A DNA stretch of 64,000 nt. Origin: Octopus bimaculoides (taxonomy: Eukaryota). Within the stretch, counting starts at the first letter, position 1. Every line of letters starts with the position of its first letter. The notes beneath the pieces were generated by a model. That model saw nothing but the letters and a program-made list of their open reading frames with translations. It ran no database searches and had not been told where the DNA came from. Position numbers and translations under genes: made by a program. Where the stretch lies: the NCBI RefSeq assembly GCF_001194135.2, contig NC_068985.1:40440646-40504645 (forward strand). The letters are read 5' to 3'. Shown piece by piece: positions 1 to 15,240 of the stretch.

Positions 1-763
1 GGGCCATTGCACCTCCATGGGCACACACACATACATATATATTAAATGATCATTAGTTTAAGGTCATGAAACAATAACATATGGACTGATAACCTAAATG
101 GAGTAAGCCTGAAATGTTTTATTGCTATGCCTTATAAACTTGAAGTCTTTTAGCTGTAAAAGAAGTGAAATACAAAGTAATAGTCTTTTAAAGCATTAAT
201 GAGAAAATTGAAACCTGTCTATGTACTCTAGTTATCAGAATGTGAACTGCTGCCATTATTTAAAGTAATACCTTGAAAATTTACTAGAAAAAAAAAGCAT
301 GAGTTGATAATAAATTTCCATATAATATAAAATATCACATACAAAAGAATATTGAAAACAGTCACGATAAAACAAATCATTATAAGAAATGTTTTTTTTT
401 TTTAATTTTTAAACATTTTATTGGGTATTATTGACAGTCAAACTATGATGATTCTGATGAATGATGTATGTTACACATATACACACCATTTAGCAGTGAT
501 CAACTACTTTTGTTAGCTGTTTACACATACATGAAAGTGTGCATAGAGGCATGCTCTAGTATTTTGCAGTTTAAGAAAGTGAAGACTGCTAGCTATGAAA
601 GAACAGTAATGCAAAACTGTGTCAATCATGTTCTTTTCACTTCTATATATAATTAGTTTATAAATAAAACAAAAACTGGCAACAAATATCTTTGTTTAAT
701 TGCAAGGTTTCTTTGAAAACCCTCCATTGAAAAATAGCAGAAAAAGAAACAATTCACACACAT

Positions 764-769
<6 letters not shown>

Positions 770-812
<43 letters not shown>
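770..812. repeat. (CA)n microsatellite
   Basis: Direct read of an uninterrupted CA run. Confidence 0.95.
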
Positions 813-813
<1 letters not shown>

Positions 814-831
814 TGTCTAAATACAGTTTAC

Positions 832-909
832 TTCCTTCCAGTATCCAAACATTTGGTTTCAATTTAATACAATCTTGTAGACTAAATCTTGTTCCTTTAA
901 ACTTTAGTG
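832..909 (-). CDS. Candidate internal exon, 78 nt, phase 1->1 (xLKFKGTRFSLQDCIKLKPNVWILEG)
   Basis: Long pyrimidine tract ending ...gccttcttcag, open frame, donor GGAA|gtaaac. No protein recognised. Confidence 0.3.
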
Positions 910-1337
910 CTGAAGAAGGCAGCAAAAGAAAGAGGACAGTTGGAATGGGGTAAGGGGGCAGGATGAGGAAGAAGGAAGGGAAATAATAAAAAGGAGCTGG
1001 ATAGCAGGGAAGTACTGTTTAAATGGCTGTTCAGTAGGGAGGGGACAACAATAATTGAAATCACTTCCTGATTTGACTACAAAGTTCTCTACAGTAGAAT
1101 AAATAGATAAGGTGTTGATTACAGTTGCTTATAAACATTGCTAACTATCACCAAATTAGACATTTAGATAAGCCATTGAATCCACAAGATGGTAAATAAT
1201 ATATTTTATCTGACATCATTAACAAAACTAAAATCCAAATTATTCATCAATGTGATAGATAAAACAAGCTTACTTGAATATTCATCATGTAATGAATAAA
1301 ACAAGCTTATTTTAATTATCTATGAAATTCAAAGTAT

Positions 1338-1715
1338 GCTATGTGGTTAAGTAGCTTGCTTCCCAATCATGGGCTTCAGTCCCTTTGAGCAGTACAAGTG
1401 CCTTTTACCACAAGCTGCAGGCCAATCAAAACCTTGTGAGTGGATTTGGTAGACTGATACTGAAAGAAGCCTGTTGTGTATATGCATGCGAATCCTAGTC
1501 TAGACCTCATACAATGATTGTAAATGAGCATCGATCTCATACAAGTGAGAGTGTTTGTTTCCAATTTTCTGTGAAAAATCATGTCTAGGAATGGGGAAAT
1601 ATTACCTTGCTTGGAAACAGGTGAGGGCATCTGGCAATAGAAAATCTGCTTCATTAAATTCCATCTGACCCATGCATACACGGAAAAGTGAATGCTAAAC
1701 AAAGATGATGATGAA
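1338..1715 (+). mobile_element. Degenerate tRNA-derived SINE with (GAT)n RTE-like tail
   Basis: Head gtggttaagtagcttgcttcccaa..., body ccaaaccttgtgagtggatttggtagac, tail ...gctaaacaaagatgatgatga; homologous to other copies in the window. Confidence 0.7.
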
Positions 1716-2169
1716 ACTTTGATACGTTCATTTGTGTAAACAATAATCAATAATAATTGTTGATTACGTAGTAGAGGAAATGCTTAAGAGCATTTAATTG
1801 TCTCTCTGTACATCATCATATGTTCATCTTTTCCATGCTGCCATTGGTTGGACAGGTCTTCACCACTTGTTGTGGACCCTTGTCATTTCTTTCATTAGTC
1901 TCATCTTTAGGTCAGCCTTTCTCAGGTTTTCCTCAATATCCTGAAGATACCTTCCTGTTCAACTGAATTCAAATTCTATCTTGGTCAAATTTACGATTTT
2001 ACTCCTTCAATTGTCAATAAAATAATTACCTGTTGTATGTCCCGATTCCCAAGTTACTTTGCTGCATATGTAAAAAACCCATTTACCTATTCATTTCAAT
2101 AAATTGTATGCAATTCAATATAGCTTCTTAAATATTACATGCTGTGCACCATCAAAATAGGTTATATTA

Positions 2170-2550
2170 TGGTGTGGTAAGAAGTTTGCTTCCAACTACA
2201 TGTTTAGACCCACTGAATGGTACCTTGGTACCAAGAGTCTTCTACTATAGCCCCAGGCCAGCCAAACCCTTGTGAGTGGATTTGGTAGATGAAAACAAAA
2301 AGAAGCTCATTGTGTGTGTGTGTGCACGTGCATGCAAGTGCATGTATGTGCTTTTGTGTCCCCCACTACCACTCGGCAACCAGTGTTAGTTTGCTTACAT
2401 CCCCATTGTGTAGCGGTTCAGCAAAAGAGACTGATAGAAAAAGTAAGAGGCTTAAGAAAAAAAAGGGACTAAGATCAATACATTTGACTAAAACTCTTGA
2501 AGATGGTGTCCCAGCATGGTTGTAGTCTAATGACTGAAACAAGTAAAATA
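2170..2550 (+). mobile_element. tRNA-derived SINE (abundant octopus-type family A)
   Basis: ggtgtggtaagaagtttgcttcc head, internal microsatellite, tail ccagcatgg...gactgaaacaagtaaaa; same family as 49295-49704. Confidence 0.8.
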
Positions 2551-2648
2551 CGTGTGTGTGTGTGTGTGTGTGTGTGTGNNNNNNNNNNNNNNNNNNNNNN
2601 NNNNNNNNNNNNNNNNNNNNNNNNNNNNNNNNNNNNNNNNNNNNNNNN

Positions 2649-2708
<60 letters not shown>

Positions 2709-2722
2709 TACGTGCGTGCGTG
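2551..2722. repeat. (GT)n - gap - (GCGT)n compound microsatellite
   Basis: Direct read; N gap 2579-2648 lies inside it. Confidence 0.9.
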
Positions 2723-5700
2723 TGATTAAAGGGAAACAAACAGATAATTACAGATGTAAGGAATGTTTTAATATGAAAAATTACATAGACATTTTTACAT
2801 GATGTGAGTAGGTCTTGTCTTGTGAAATGTATGTGCAATTTGTCATATGAATATATTCTTTGCATCTATAAATATTTGTTCAGTGTTCCTCTTTGATACA
2901 CTTGAGTTTGGTCATTCTTCAGGATAACTTTTCACCTGATTGAAGTTTAAGAATTCAATTTCTCTGAGCACTACTTAATGACTATCTATTCCACACTTGC
3001 AGTAGTACTTTCTCACCCACAAATATACACACACAAACATATGAACTTATATTTAGAATTTCTGATTGTACTTTACACATATTTAAAATACTCAATTCTT
3101 GTAGGGCACCTAGCTGCATCTCCCTGTACATCAGTGTGCTATGATGTACCATTTGGGAAACACTGACATAACAGATCAAAAGTAAATATTCAAAGGTATT
3201 TAGTCTGACACTTAATTATTACTGCCATGCTACTGTATTTGAAGATATTAAAGGAAGTTAACATAGTCAATAATATTACCCTCAAAAATCAAATAATTTT
3301 GATTATCTTATTATAAATAGAAAATGCAAAGTTATTTGTCTACATTATCATCTGCCAAAATTGTAAAAGTAGGTATTTAAAGGAAAGAGTCATAATAAAA
3401 AAATTACAGCTGCCCAAATAGTCAAATTACTAACACTGTTTCTAGCAAGATTTTTTTTTTTTTTTGCTCATTACCTGTAGCTGTGACTATGTACTATGAG
3501 GAAGCTACTGCTCAATGTTAGAAACTGAATGCATTGCTTAATTAATGTATGTTCAGTGCTGAACTCAATTCCTCTTGTGTGTATAGCATCATCAGCTCAA
3601 CTTGCCCTAGATACAGAACACAATAACCACAAGCAGTGTCCGCACAACCTAATGGGTTATGAGATTCATTCACTCATCTTGAAACTATGTTAGCATCTCA
3701 ATGCCCACAACTTAGGTCATGTTGGTTCACATTTCCAGAATGGTTATTTATCAGGATATTATTAGATTTTGGGGTCGCCATGATTTTGATGATTTGGTGG
3801 AAACAAAATGTTCACACCAACCAATTGTCTGTCAAAACCATGGGATGTATGTGACTCACCAACAGAAAACAGTGTATATTGTTTTCATTATTCAGAGAAA
3901 TGTTTATCTTTGAGAAGACTTAACATACTGTTTAGTGGATGGCATGGAATGTTAAACATTTTGATTCAAACTATTGCCCCCTCAGTTCTTTTTTTTTTTT
4001 TTTTCAATTCAAACTTGATAAAATTAAGATATTTTCAGAAACCAGATTCAGGGAAGGGATATCAGATTAAAAACATTTAAAAATTTGAAATTAAATTGTA
4101 AATTTGAATCAAACATTCAAAAATTGACTTTAAAGAAAAATACTAAAAACTGAAATAACAGAAAATTTAAGGCTTTTTAAAATATTTTCATATTCAATTT
4201 TGAATTAAGTAAAAATTAGAATTTCTGTTTTTAAAATATCTTTAATCAGATGTCTGTGTTCAGTATGGTTTACCAATTTAAATTTCAAATTTAACAAAAA
4301 TATATTGTATACGACATTGATTTCTTACACTGTTATGAGCCTACACATTTATAGTGGTTGGAAAACAATTTGTTGTTTTACTCAAGCCCTAAACATGGCT
4401 AATATTTATTGTATTGACCTCAGGGGGATAAAAAACAATACTAACTCAGACTAATTTTGAACTCAGAATATAATTGAATACCATATATTCACTCAAAACT
4501 GTGCATAGGTTATAAAGTCATTTTTTGTTTTGGCTAACTATCATTGCAATTTTATTTCCAATGTTCAAAATAAACAGTGAACAGTGTAGTTGAACCATCT
4601 GTCAAAATCATAGCTTGCTGCAGATATATGCTGTTATCTCAGTAAATCAGAAAATACTAAAAGTAGAAACACCAATAACGCAGAGGTTAGTGTTTAATAG
4701 AGCTAAAATAACTTTAGAGAATTTTCATGTTTTGAGAACTTACAAAGGAATTCTTTCAGCATAAAACTGACAAGCTGTATGTTGCATAAGTTGGAACTGT
4801 TATGTCTGGCAGTGAAATATGTATATTATACATTCATAAAGAGAAAGAAAGAAAGAACTGTGATAACATCACAGTGGTAGAATGGTTAAAATGATGGGCT
4901 GTGCCCAAGTAGCCTGTCTAAAATTACTTATTGTTTTCATTTGATGGTTGATTATATCCAAAGTCAATCAGATATAGAAACATTTTCTGTATTAATTTAA
5001 GCAAACAAAATATATAAATCTAAAGAACCAGTAAACCCACGCATAAGAAAACAGAGTTGTATATCTTTCTAAGTTTGAAAAAAGCAAACGGCTCCTCAAT
5101 CATTTTTTATGGTGTTTGATCAACAAAATTGTCTTCTCCAAATTACAAAGTAACCAAATATTCTACAGACATTCATACTTTCAATGAGATCCTCAGGCAA
5201 GGCCTTTTGAATTACAGATACAGTCTATTCAACAGGCTTCTACCATTTCTGTCTACTTTTATTCACAGGTATTGAGACAAGGGACATTTGCCCAATGTGT
5301 CATGCATTCAAAGTGAATCCAGAATGTCATGAATGTGAACAGAACTTATCAACCATTCAGCTATGGCTGGCCTTCTCTCTCTTTCTCTCTCTCTCTCTCT
5401 CATATATATGTGTGTGTGCGCACACATGCACACATAAATATATACATACATATACACACATATACATGTATACAAACACACATGTATACACATATGCACA
5501 TGTGCACATATAAATTGTTTCCAGAATCCTCAGAAGGATCATAAGATAAATGTTATCTTCAGATATGATAATGTAGTCCTAGTTACACAATACTCAAAAA
5601 ACGGATGGAATGGTCACTGCAGAAATATCTTTGATTATGTCAACCGAGGTAAGGCAGACCAGGTACAAACAACACAACCAAGTGCTAAGCACCTGAGATA

Positions 5701-8608
5701 CCAAATTTTCACTCTTGTTATTTCAAATAATTTTCTAAAGTGTATCAGCTAATTTTTTTTTTTAGTAAGGTAAAAATAAGGGTCAGGTATTTGTTTCTGT
5801 TTGTTACTACAGACAAGATTAAACACCTGTAGCAGAGAGTAATAAAACTCATTAAGTACCAGTAACTTAGTATCATATCCATTCAACTATTTTACCTCTG
5901 TAAGGTAGGGCAGAATTCAGTAGAAGTGTTTCAAAGTCAGTAAAGCACACCTTCCCTCTTTTATATGAATAAACATCACTTTTGACACAGCTGATGCTAT
6001 ATTCTACCGGTTACAGTAGGAGATGATGTAAGAATGAGAATGCATAGTGAAACTATGAAAACACACACACACAGAGGGAACAATGTGTTTGAAATGTATG
6101 TTAAATTCTGAAGTTAATCTTAGACAAACAATTTTAATAATGACAGTGACAGATAAGTATAAAAATGTGAAAACATTTTTTGCAAAGAATATAATTAAAT
6201 CACAGGCAATGTTAATTTCCTGTAAACATATAGCCATGTGTGTACATACACATACATGTATGTGTGCATACACACACACACATATATACACACATGCATG
6301 TTCTTGAAGCAAACTTTTATATAAAATATTTATACATCAGAGAAATCTGTCAGAACACACAAACAAATCAAAATAAATTAACGTTGAAGGGGTTTTTTTT
6401 ACCATCAAAGAACTAGAATTAATAACATTATCTAATATTACTTGTAACATTTAGAATATAACTAATTATGAAAACATTTTCTGCATTAAAACGAACTAAA
6501 ATTAAGAGGAAAAAAGTGAGGAAACTTAGTATGTATTTTCTAAAAATTAAGAAGGGTCCTATTCAAAAGGTCACTTCTATATGTGTGTGTGTGAGTGTGT
6601 ACATCACACACATAGAGAGAGAAAGGCGTGATGGAGGAGGGAAAGAAAATACGAATTAATTAGAATAATGACAGTACAAATAAACATTTTGTTTGAGCAT
6701 AAAATTTGATTTTACTAAGACTGGGGAAGGAAAAAACTACAAATATATCCATTTCATAAATCAATATCTTCATCAATAAAATAAACTTTCAATTCACATT
6801 TCGTTTCATTAAAAGAAAAAAATCAGCTTGCAAATACTACATAAACACAATTACACAATGATATACATTAAACTAAAATCTATTATAAAACCAAACATTA
6901 GTATTTCTTTCAGGAAAAAAATTCTATCTAATAATTCTGAGAAATCCAACAAATTTCCATTTAAAAATTGGTAAATATGTCTATTGATGTAGCCCAATAA
7001 TTCATAACCAGTTTGATTTAAGTTAGAAGAAAGTTACTCAGGAATCACACCTTGTCTGATATTTTCAGGTGTGTGAATGTGTGTGTGTATGTGTGTTAAA
7101 ACTTTTAGAAGTTTATGCTGTTGTTACATGGCATTTAACAGTTCACATATTTCATTCTTAATAATCATTATTACATTATACAAAATCTAAAGAAATTCAT
7201 ACATTTACTTACCAAGTCGGCACCAAGTTATCAAGGAGGTGAGAAAGTATTAAAAACACTCAAAAAAAGATGCACTGGCCTAGCTGCTGATGCAGAAACA
7301 CTTCAAACTCAACCTATCTGATTTGGCAACTATAAACAGCTTCCAAACAACAAGTAGATGAATCATATAAGAATAAGTGAATTCTACAACTGGCATTCCT
7401 TACAGTCACATGACTGCTCATCTTTATCCTTCAGAGTTATGCCTTGCCCCTGGTAGGTCAGTAGCAGTGGCAACAGTAGTATAGACCATATGGACCTGGA
7501 GTTCCATATATGGTACAGAAGCTACTTATCTATAGCAAGTCTATTTTCCTCGCCTTTTAAAAAAAAAATTTTTTTAATTATTCTTTATTTGGTTCTCCCT
7601 CCCCCATTACTCTTGGCATTTTTCAGGACTATTTAATCCATATTATTTTTTATATTCTTCACTATAATAGAATTACAATTTCTGGATAAAGCCACCACAA
7701 CCAACTATCACCACCACCACCACCACCACTACAAGATTGATATGTCTATATTAAATTATACCTTACCAGCTGCCTGTCAAGTAATTAAAGCAATTTCCCT
7801 CGTTTTTGTAACAAACAGGAAATAATATATCTTGTGAAAGTTAAGAATTCAGTGTTTACCTTTTTTTCTTTTTCTTTCTTTTAGACTGTGTGTTTGTAAA
7901 GGAAATTTAGAAACAGAAAAATACACAACTTTCTATGTGTCCATTTTATGGTATCAAGTGTTTTCTCTCAAGCATTTAATTATAGCATTGGAGTGCACAG
8001 CAGAACAGTTTTTTTTAAAAGTAAATAGAAATAACAAAGAAAAATATTAAAAACAAAATAAAGACATCTTGTTTACATAAACAGGAGAGACCAGCCAAAA
8101 GGTGAAGGTATATTGTCAGCAAGGATATATGAAGATTTATAAAAAGATTTAGGTTTTACAATATTTACACAAGACCCCCAGATTTTTTTTAAAGCAGTCA
8201 ATATGCTCAGATAATTTTCTTTTTTACCTATTTGACATAAGAATTTTATCTTCAAATTGGTAATCGATAGCTACAAACTTTGAAAAGAACTTTCAATTGA
8301 AATAGATCTCATATGGATCAATTCTTAAAATAACATCAACAAATCCTGAATAAATAAATCTGTTGTTAAATTAAATTCCTATGTAACTATGGCAACAGTC
8401 ATTACACCATTCTTTTTTTTCCTTATTTTTCTTTCAGTTATATTTTTATAAATGTTTCTATTGCAGATTATTACTCATACCCTGGATATTTTCCACCTGG
8501 CATTTCTTTTATTCATTTATTTCTCTTACTGGTTTCAGTCACTGGACTGCAGCCATGCAGGGTAGACTGGAAATGTGTGCATGTGTAGATAAACTTACAT
8601 CATCATTA

Positions 8609-8644
<36 letters not shown>

Positions 8645-11609
8645 GTAGTAATGTATACAGTGTTCAGGTGTGTTACATATATAGATGCATACATACGTGT
8701 GTGCATGTGTGTGTGGGTGTAAATATAAATCTAGGCATGGCAATAGGTGCAAAGTATCACTTGCAGTTTAGAAGTTCATCTGCTTTACAACCACATGCAT
8801 TCAGGTTCAATCACACTGCATTGCATCTTGGGTAAGTGTCTTCTATTAAAGCCTTGTGAGTAGATTTGGCAAACAGAAACTGAACGAGGCTCGTCCTCTG
8901 TGTGTGAGGGGGGGGGGGTGAGAGAGAGAGAGAGTCCATGTCTCTTTGTTTTGCCATCAGTGAAAAAGTAGTAACCATCATACAAGTAATATCATTCATT
9001 CTTCATCCACATTTACATATATTTTCTATTATTAAAACATGGCTTCACATCAAATATTCAAGAGTCCCAATTAAGTGCTGGTATATCATTAAAGCACTAC
9101 AACATTAAAGCACTATTGTGTCCTTCTCTTAGACATTTCACAATAATTTATCAAGCTCTATTTACTCAGATTTATGTTGTTATATAACCCCATGACAGCC
9201 CTAATTCAGACTTATAATCAAAGGATATATCCGCCATAACCATCTCATTTCATTTTCAGACAAAGTACATCAAACACAACATTATCCATATTAGCTAATG
9301 TGTACCTTCCTTATTTTAGATGGTGAAATTGGTGGTGGCTACTATTTTTATCAGGATGACACACCATGCAGACGCTCACTCATCAGCTAACATAGGTAAG
9401 GCCAGTTCATTGCAGCAAACTGTGGAGACTATATAATTCATAAGATTTTCATTATCCACTAGTGATGAATTATGACCCTTTGACTAATCATATAAAGACA
9501 AAACTATCAATCATGTCCCAAAAACCCCAAATAATGTAAACAATACTCTTTTTTTTTTTATTTAAAATATATTCTACAGATTTTATTTTAAAATTTAATG
9601 GTTTCAAATTTTGCTTTCAGAACTAAAAAGAAAAATGTTAAATCACAATATAAACCACCTGACAAGTTAGCTCAGGGCCATTTAAAGACATGGGTACACT
9701 GGGTACACTGCACAATTGCTCAGCGGTCTCATAGATCTTGGAACTCAATGCTAATTTACGTATGTTGTGGCTTCCTATCAAGAAATAAATGATCATAGGT
9801 CCCAGTACATTAGCTTAACCAGGGGATTAGTTAATCAGAAATTTATCATAAGCTAGTTCCTATTGCTACATATGTAAAAGTATTCAGTAGAGCAAACCAG
9901 TTAACTGAAAGGAAAGTCATAAAATAATGAGGAACAAAACAATTGTTGCTTTGCCAGGTAAGCTAAGTTCCTGCTTCACTCAAAACCATACTGTACAAAT
10001 TGATGGATTCTCTGTTTTAAGATGATGAGCATTCAGTTATTCAATTAACTGAACTAGCTACTCAAATTAACATGTAAATGGCTGGGTATTCCACAGATAT
10101 GTATATCTTTAACGTGATTCTCAAGCTGAATCAGTGTGATACAATATATGACAAGGCCAGACTTTTGAACAGCAGGTACAATACATTTGATTGTACTTTA
10201 TTCAAATCCACACACTTTCTGTCAAGTTAATTTTACTCACAAAGCTTGTGGCCACTTGATTGCAAAGCAAACTTCTTAACCACAAGACAGTTATTGGTAT
10301 TCAGTGGCTTGGGTGGTGAGCAATAGATAGAAACAGGAGACAGAGGTATCCAGTATTGTGCATAAAGGTATATATGCAGACAAACACACATGATGGAATT
10401 TTTAGAATTAAAAAAAAATGCATAATGAATCAGACACAACTTTTTTCTACTTAATCACAAGGTCTTTGCTTTTTAATATATATAGGGTATAGTTTATCAA
10501 TTAGCCCAGTAAATACCATGAGAAACAGAAAGCAAAGTTTAGCCTAACTGTTTTTCAGAAATGTTTTGTTATTAGAAAGACCAATTCCTATATTCTTTGC
10601 TATCAACGGTTGATGCTGGTAAACCCAAAGGTAAGATACAAGGATTTGAACTCAGTTTTGCTTGACATATAACAATACCATAATAGAAACAATAAATTTG
10701 CTAGAACACTTTAAATTTGATATCAACGGAATAAAAATAGTTATCTTATATGTGGGAGGAGGTATGCTCTTAAATGGAATATGTAGGGTAGCTTCCATAG
10801 TCTTTCAAAGCATTATTAGACTGAGGGGAATAACTAGGCATGAAGATAAGAATATGGTGATTTTCTAGGCACAAGGTTTTATTTTCAGAGATAGAACATA
10901 AATTCACTTTAATAGCCTATTGTTTAGTAATTAGTACCTGTTTTGCCCTTAGAGGATTTCAACTCAGAATGTAGAGGGAAGAAAGTAAGTACTATAAGGT
11001 ATTTATCCCAGCACTAGCATTTCTATTTACTATCCTATAAAAAACTAAATGATGATACTGGCCATTCTGAGAGTGTGATGCCGAAATGATGAGAGCTTTA
11101 GATTGCTTAAAAAGTATTCTATTTATCAATTATTTATTGCTTTCTTCTTTTGAAATGATAGATAAATCAAGATATTATTTCCAAACTGAAATCAAGTCAT
11201 CAAGAGTATTAGATAACTTGACAGCAAGAGTTAAGGAAGAGGAGAAGATAGTTGGATGTAAAGATATATAAACCAAAATGAAAGTAAGATGCAGAGTAAG
11301 ATAAGAGGTTTTTATCTAACAGTTCTCAAACAACTAAGATAGATTCTTGATTAATGTTTATTTATGTCAAAATGCAGCAATCCATGACAGTGGCAAGAAA
11401 TGTGATATGCAAGTGTCAACAGAGGAAATAAATATATACTTATATATTCCATGTACAACTATTATGCCATTATTCATATGGCTAAACTATAAAATAGATT
11501 ACATTATGAAGAATTTCATAATACTCCAAAGTAAAGCACAACAGCCAGTCATTTTGCAACCTGAGGCATTCAGAAGACCAATTAAGATATTGGTAGAGGA
11601 TATAGAACA

Positions 11610-11790
11610 TTAATCTGTTAGCATTTAAACCGGCCATATCTAGCCAAAATATTCTACCTGTTTTATATTAATTCAAAAATTAAACAATCACATCATCAAA
11701 ATCTCAAGGCTACAAGATAACGCATAATTAATTCGAAAACAATGCGAATAAATAAGCATTACATTTGACAGAGTAATTGGATAGGGTTAA
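11610..11790. mobile_element. MITE-like non-autonomous DNA element (TTAACCCT-type ends), degenerate
   Basis: Ends tagcatttaaaccggcc... and ...tttgacagagtaat...agggttaa; the complementary end ttaacccttttagcattcagattactctgtcaaatg recurs at about 39142-39180. Confidence 0.5.
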
Positions 11791-13972
11791 AATATATAGC
11801 AATTCATGTTTGAAAGAATTAATATCTCATGCAAGTATTTTATTGTCTCAAACAAAACAACTTAAAACTTAAATCATTCATCTATAAAAAAAAATTTAAA
11901 AAACGGATATACTACAAAACTTCTTTCAGAAAGTTAATCCAGGAAATTTATCTTTCATCCACTTAACACTACAGAGACAAGAAATAACGCCAATTTCTCT
12001 AGATCCATCTGATTTATTAGAAGGAAAAACTAATCATAATAAACATCTACATAAGAGAACATTTTTCAACTTCAAGAAGTATAACAAAACTACAGTTCTC
12101 TTTCAGACATATTAAGATATATAGTCTGTAGGGTCAAGCTTAGTGAACTGCTACTAAAGGTCATTGGTGAAAATGCAAAAATGAACATTTATGATCAATT
12201 ATAAAGGTACACAAAAGGATCTATAATTACATAAATCCAATGTTACTAAAACTAATAGAATTCACATATCACAAAATGTTAAGAAAAAGCCTGCAGTATT
12301 GATAAGACATTGTAGGATATCCAGTATATTAGCAAAACTGTTATAGAACACAGCTTTAGCCTATATTTTACTATATAAATCAAGAGTTTTAAAAGAATGT
12401 TTCACAGTAAAGTATAATTTGTATAAGATAAAGTGCTGATGCTAAGTAAAAACACAAAAATGATTACATTCAGACTTTAGAACACCTTATTTGGTGGTGG
12501 TGAGCAATGCACAATTGTTTACTTTTTCCAGTCTGCAAAACAAAATCAAGAAAGCAGCACCAAGCAGAGAGAAGGATAGATCAATCTCCAGAGACCCACA
12601 TGCAAATCAGTTATAGCAAATGTGTGTATGTACTTATGTATATGTTCATGTACATTAATACCTATGTGTTTACACATTCATACCTATATGTGTATGTCAA
12701 TACATCTCTAAGTGATGTGATGAAGTGTGAAGACATTAATATTACATTCACCAAAATGTCAATTTTTTGTTTTCTCTAATTTTTGTTTCATTTTTTTACC
12801 CCCCACTAATATTTACACTTTTTTTTATGATCTTAGCATTATTTTTATTCAAGTTTTATTTTTTCTAAATATATTTTTATACTTGAATTAAAACATATTT
12901 ACAATTAATTAAATGAACCATTAATATGTTAACTGATAACAAATTCTGAACAGCTATTCTTCCAGTAAAAAAAAAAAGTACTTCTCGGTAAAAACATAAG
13001 CAATTGAAAAGAAAATATTTTGCTAGTTAATTTATAATTCATCTCGGAAATATTTTAAGATGAGTAAACCATAAAAGAATAACTAAATAGACGCAATGGA
13101 TTAAAAAATTAAAACAGGAAAAGAAAAAGATAAAAAAAAAAACTAGAGATGATGAACAACATATGGAAACCACTGATTATGTATGAAGTATCAAGTAAAA
13201 ATAGACTATTTTCAAATGAGGGTATCCAGCCCACTAAAGCAATTCTATGACCTTTCCTTATTTTGCACGGTATCAAGAACTATCTATTCCACAAAGCAAA
13301 AACACAACATATCAAATAATAAAGAAAAATAAATTACTCTGAGAATACAATTATCAAAATCCAGGTGATAATAATAATATTAATAATAATAATAATAACT
13401 ACTATTCAACTAAAAGTAAAAACTAGTTTCTAAAAATTTTTTTTTTTTAACATTTTGCTTGAACAGCTGCCAGAAACAGTTTTATTTTCCACAACATAAA
13501 CTTTTCTTTCCTTCTTTTCTTCTTTTTCTGCTAAGACTTTTCTTTTCTAGGTTAAATAATGTTAGGACAAGCAATAATATCTTACACTAACCCAGAATGT
13601 ATTTCCTGAAGTTAACACTGAAACACCTATTAGCAGGTAGAGATACAAGGGAATATCACTCCCCAGTGAATACAGTATCTATGGAGTTGCCTCCCTTGGT
13701 TCAATAATAAGCACACTTACCATTCTGAAATTAATTTTGCATAAATATTTATTCTAAATTTAACAGTAAGTAAATTATATAATAAGGAAGATTGTTCTCT
13801 AGTGGCAACTTTATAGGTCTCAGCTTAACTTTAGTGTATAATACATAAAAAGCACAGAGATTAAGGTGGCAGACTCTAAAAGACATTTTCATGAGTTCAA
13901 ACTTCACTAGAACCACTGAGCAAGGTAATTATATAGTTTCAGTTCATTTGCCTGAAAATACATCACTCTTAC

Positions 13973-14025
13973 TTCCAGAGCTGAATAGTTATTTATATAG
14001 ACAACTCGTTCTAAATATATTTGCC
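13973..14025 (-). CDS. Candidate internal exon, 53 nt, phase 1->0 (xQIYLERVVYINNYSALE)
   Basis: Acceptor aaacatttttag, donor GAA|gtaaga, only one open frame. Confidence 0.45.
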
Positions 14026-14475
14026 CTAAAAATGTTTAAACTTATAAAATATAAATTAACTATCCAGGCTAGTATATAAAATTGGGTATTTAATTTCTTT
14101 TGTTTTTTAAGCAAAAGTTCAATAGTGAATTACTTTCTGTGGATTCAAATCTCATTCTAACAAAAACATAGTAATCCATGGCTGAAGACAATCATCCATG
14201 GTGCATACTTTAATCAAAACTCACAACTAATTACTAATTTCAACTATGAATAGTCCAAAGAGGAATATTCCATGCTATATGCACATCATTACAAATCAGT
14301 ATGGAGTATAATTATATGATAGCAAATAAAAATGGAAATATTTCTTAAGCTCCAAGATGTTGTTATGGTTGGGTTCTTAGCTTTCAATTTCAAGGATTGA
14401 AGCACATTTGAAGTACATCATCACCTGGATCGAATATTAGTCTCTTGTAGCTAACATTCCCAGATGATTTGGTAC

Positions 14476-14533
14476 CTATTCCCAACGTAAAAGTAAATTG
14501 GAATGAAATATAAAATGTTCTGTTCAAAAACAC
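14476..14533 (-). CDS. Weak candidate exon, 58 nt, phase 0->1 (VFLNRTFYISFQFTFTLGI)
   Basis: Acceptor ggattcag, donor AG|gtacca; phase-bridges 14594-14646 and 13973-14025 but needs a 60-nt intron. Confidence 0.2.
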
Positions 14534-14593
14534 CTGAATCCATTTGAATTTATAAAAAAGTAATCCAGTACCTTACACAGTTAGATATCTCAC

Positions 14594-14646
14594 TTCTCTT
14601 GGTAGTGGTGTGGTGAAGCTGATAATAAAGATGATAGAGGGGGCAG
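14594..14646 (-). CDS. Candidate internal exon, 53 nt (xAPSIIFIISFTTPLPRE or CPLYHLYYQLHHTTTKR depending on frame)
   Basis: Acceptor tattatttttag, donor GAA|gtgaga; two frames are open; inverted copy at 15318-15391. Confidence 0.4.
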
Positions 14647-15016
14647 CTAAAAATAATATATCATTTAACAATATATCTCAAACAAAATACAGGTATTAAT
14701 AACACCTTGTAATGCATTTGTCTAAAAAAAACCCTTGGATGAAAAACAGCTGAAGGCTACCCACAGATAATGTAAACATAATGTTACAAATAGTTTAAGA
14801 GTTTATCTCTGAGCATATACAGCTATTAATAAAACTTGTAATATATTGATTTAAAAACCCTCCCGCATAGAAAAAAGGCTGAGTCCCTTCTCTCCATCTA
14901 AGATGGTCTTTGACCTTTTCTTTTTTTTTTCTGTCTATTAACTTTTGGCTACTCCCCTATCCAATACAATGGGTTTTCTAACTTAATATTTTACAAGCTA
15001 TTACTTATAGCTGTAA

Positions 15017-15240
15017 AAGGCAGCAAGCTGACAGAACCATTAGCATGTCAGACAAAATGCTTAGCAGCAGTTCTTCTGGCTTCAAGTAGTGTGTTCAAAT
15101 GCCACAGAGATCAACTTTGCCTTTCATCCTTTCAGGATCGATAAAATAAGTACCAGTCAAGCATTGGGATCAATGAAATTGACTAGCCCCCTCTCCCAAA
15201 TGGTTAGTCCTTGTGCCAACAGCAGAAAGAATTATTTATA
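15017..15240 (+). mobile_element. Degenerate tRNA-derived SINE (family C, same as 63247-63468)
   Basis: aaggcagcaagctgacagaaccattagc...caactttgcctttcatcctttcagg..gataaaataagtaccag; further copies near 15880-16085 and 18016-18230 (+), 19310-19415 and 39950-40110 (-). Confidence 0.75.

Noticed and set aside
3739-3846. Plus-strand exon-like segment (108 nt, two open frames, one resembling a TM helix WLFIRILLDFGVAMILMIWW)
   Set aside because: Isolated, no phase-compatible partner found, no recognisable protein; illustrates the false-positive rate of exon calling by eye.
9320-9395. Apparent plus exon with ttttag / ag|gtaagg
   Set aside because: Lies in a copy of repeat family E; at most an exonised repeat.
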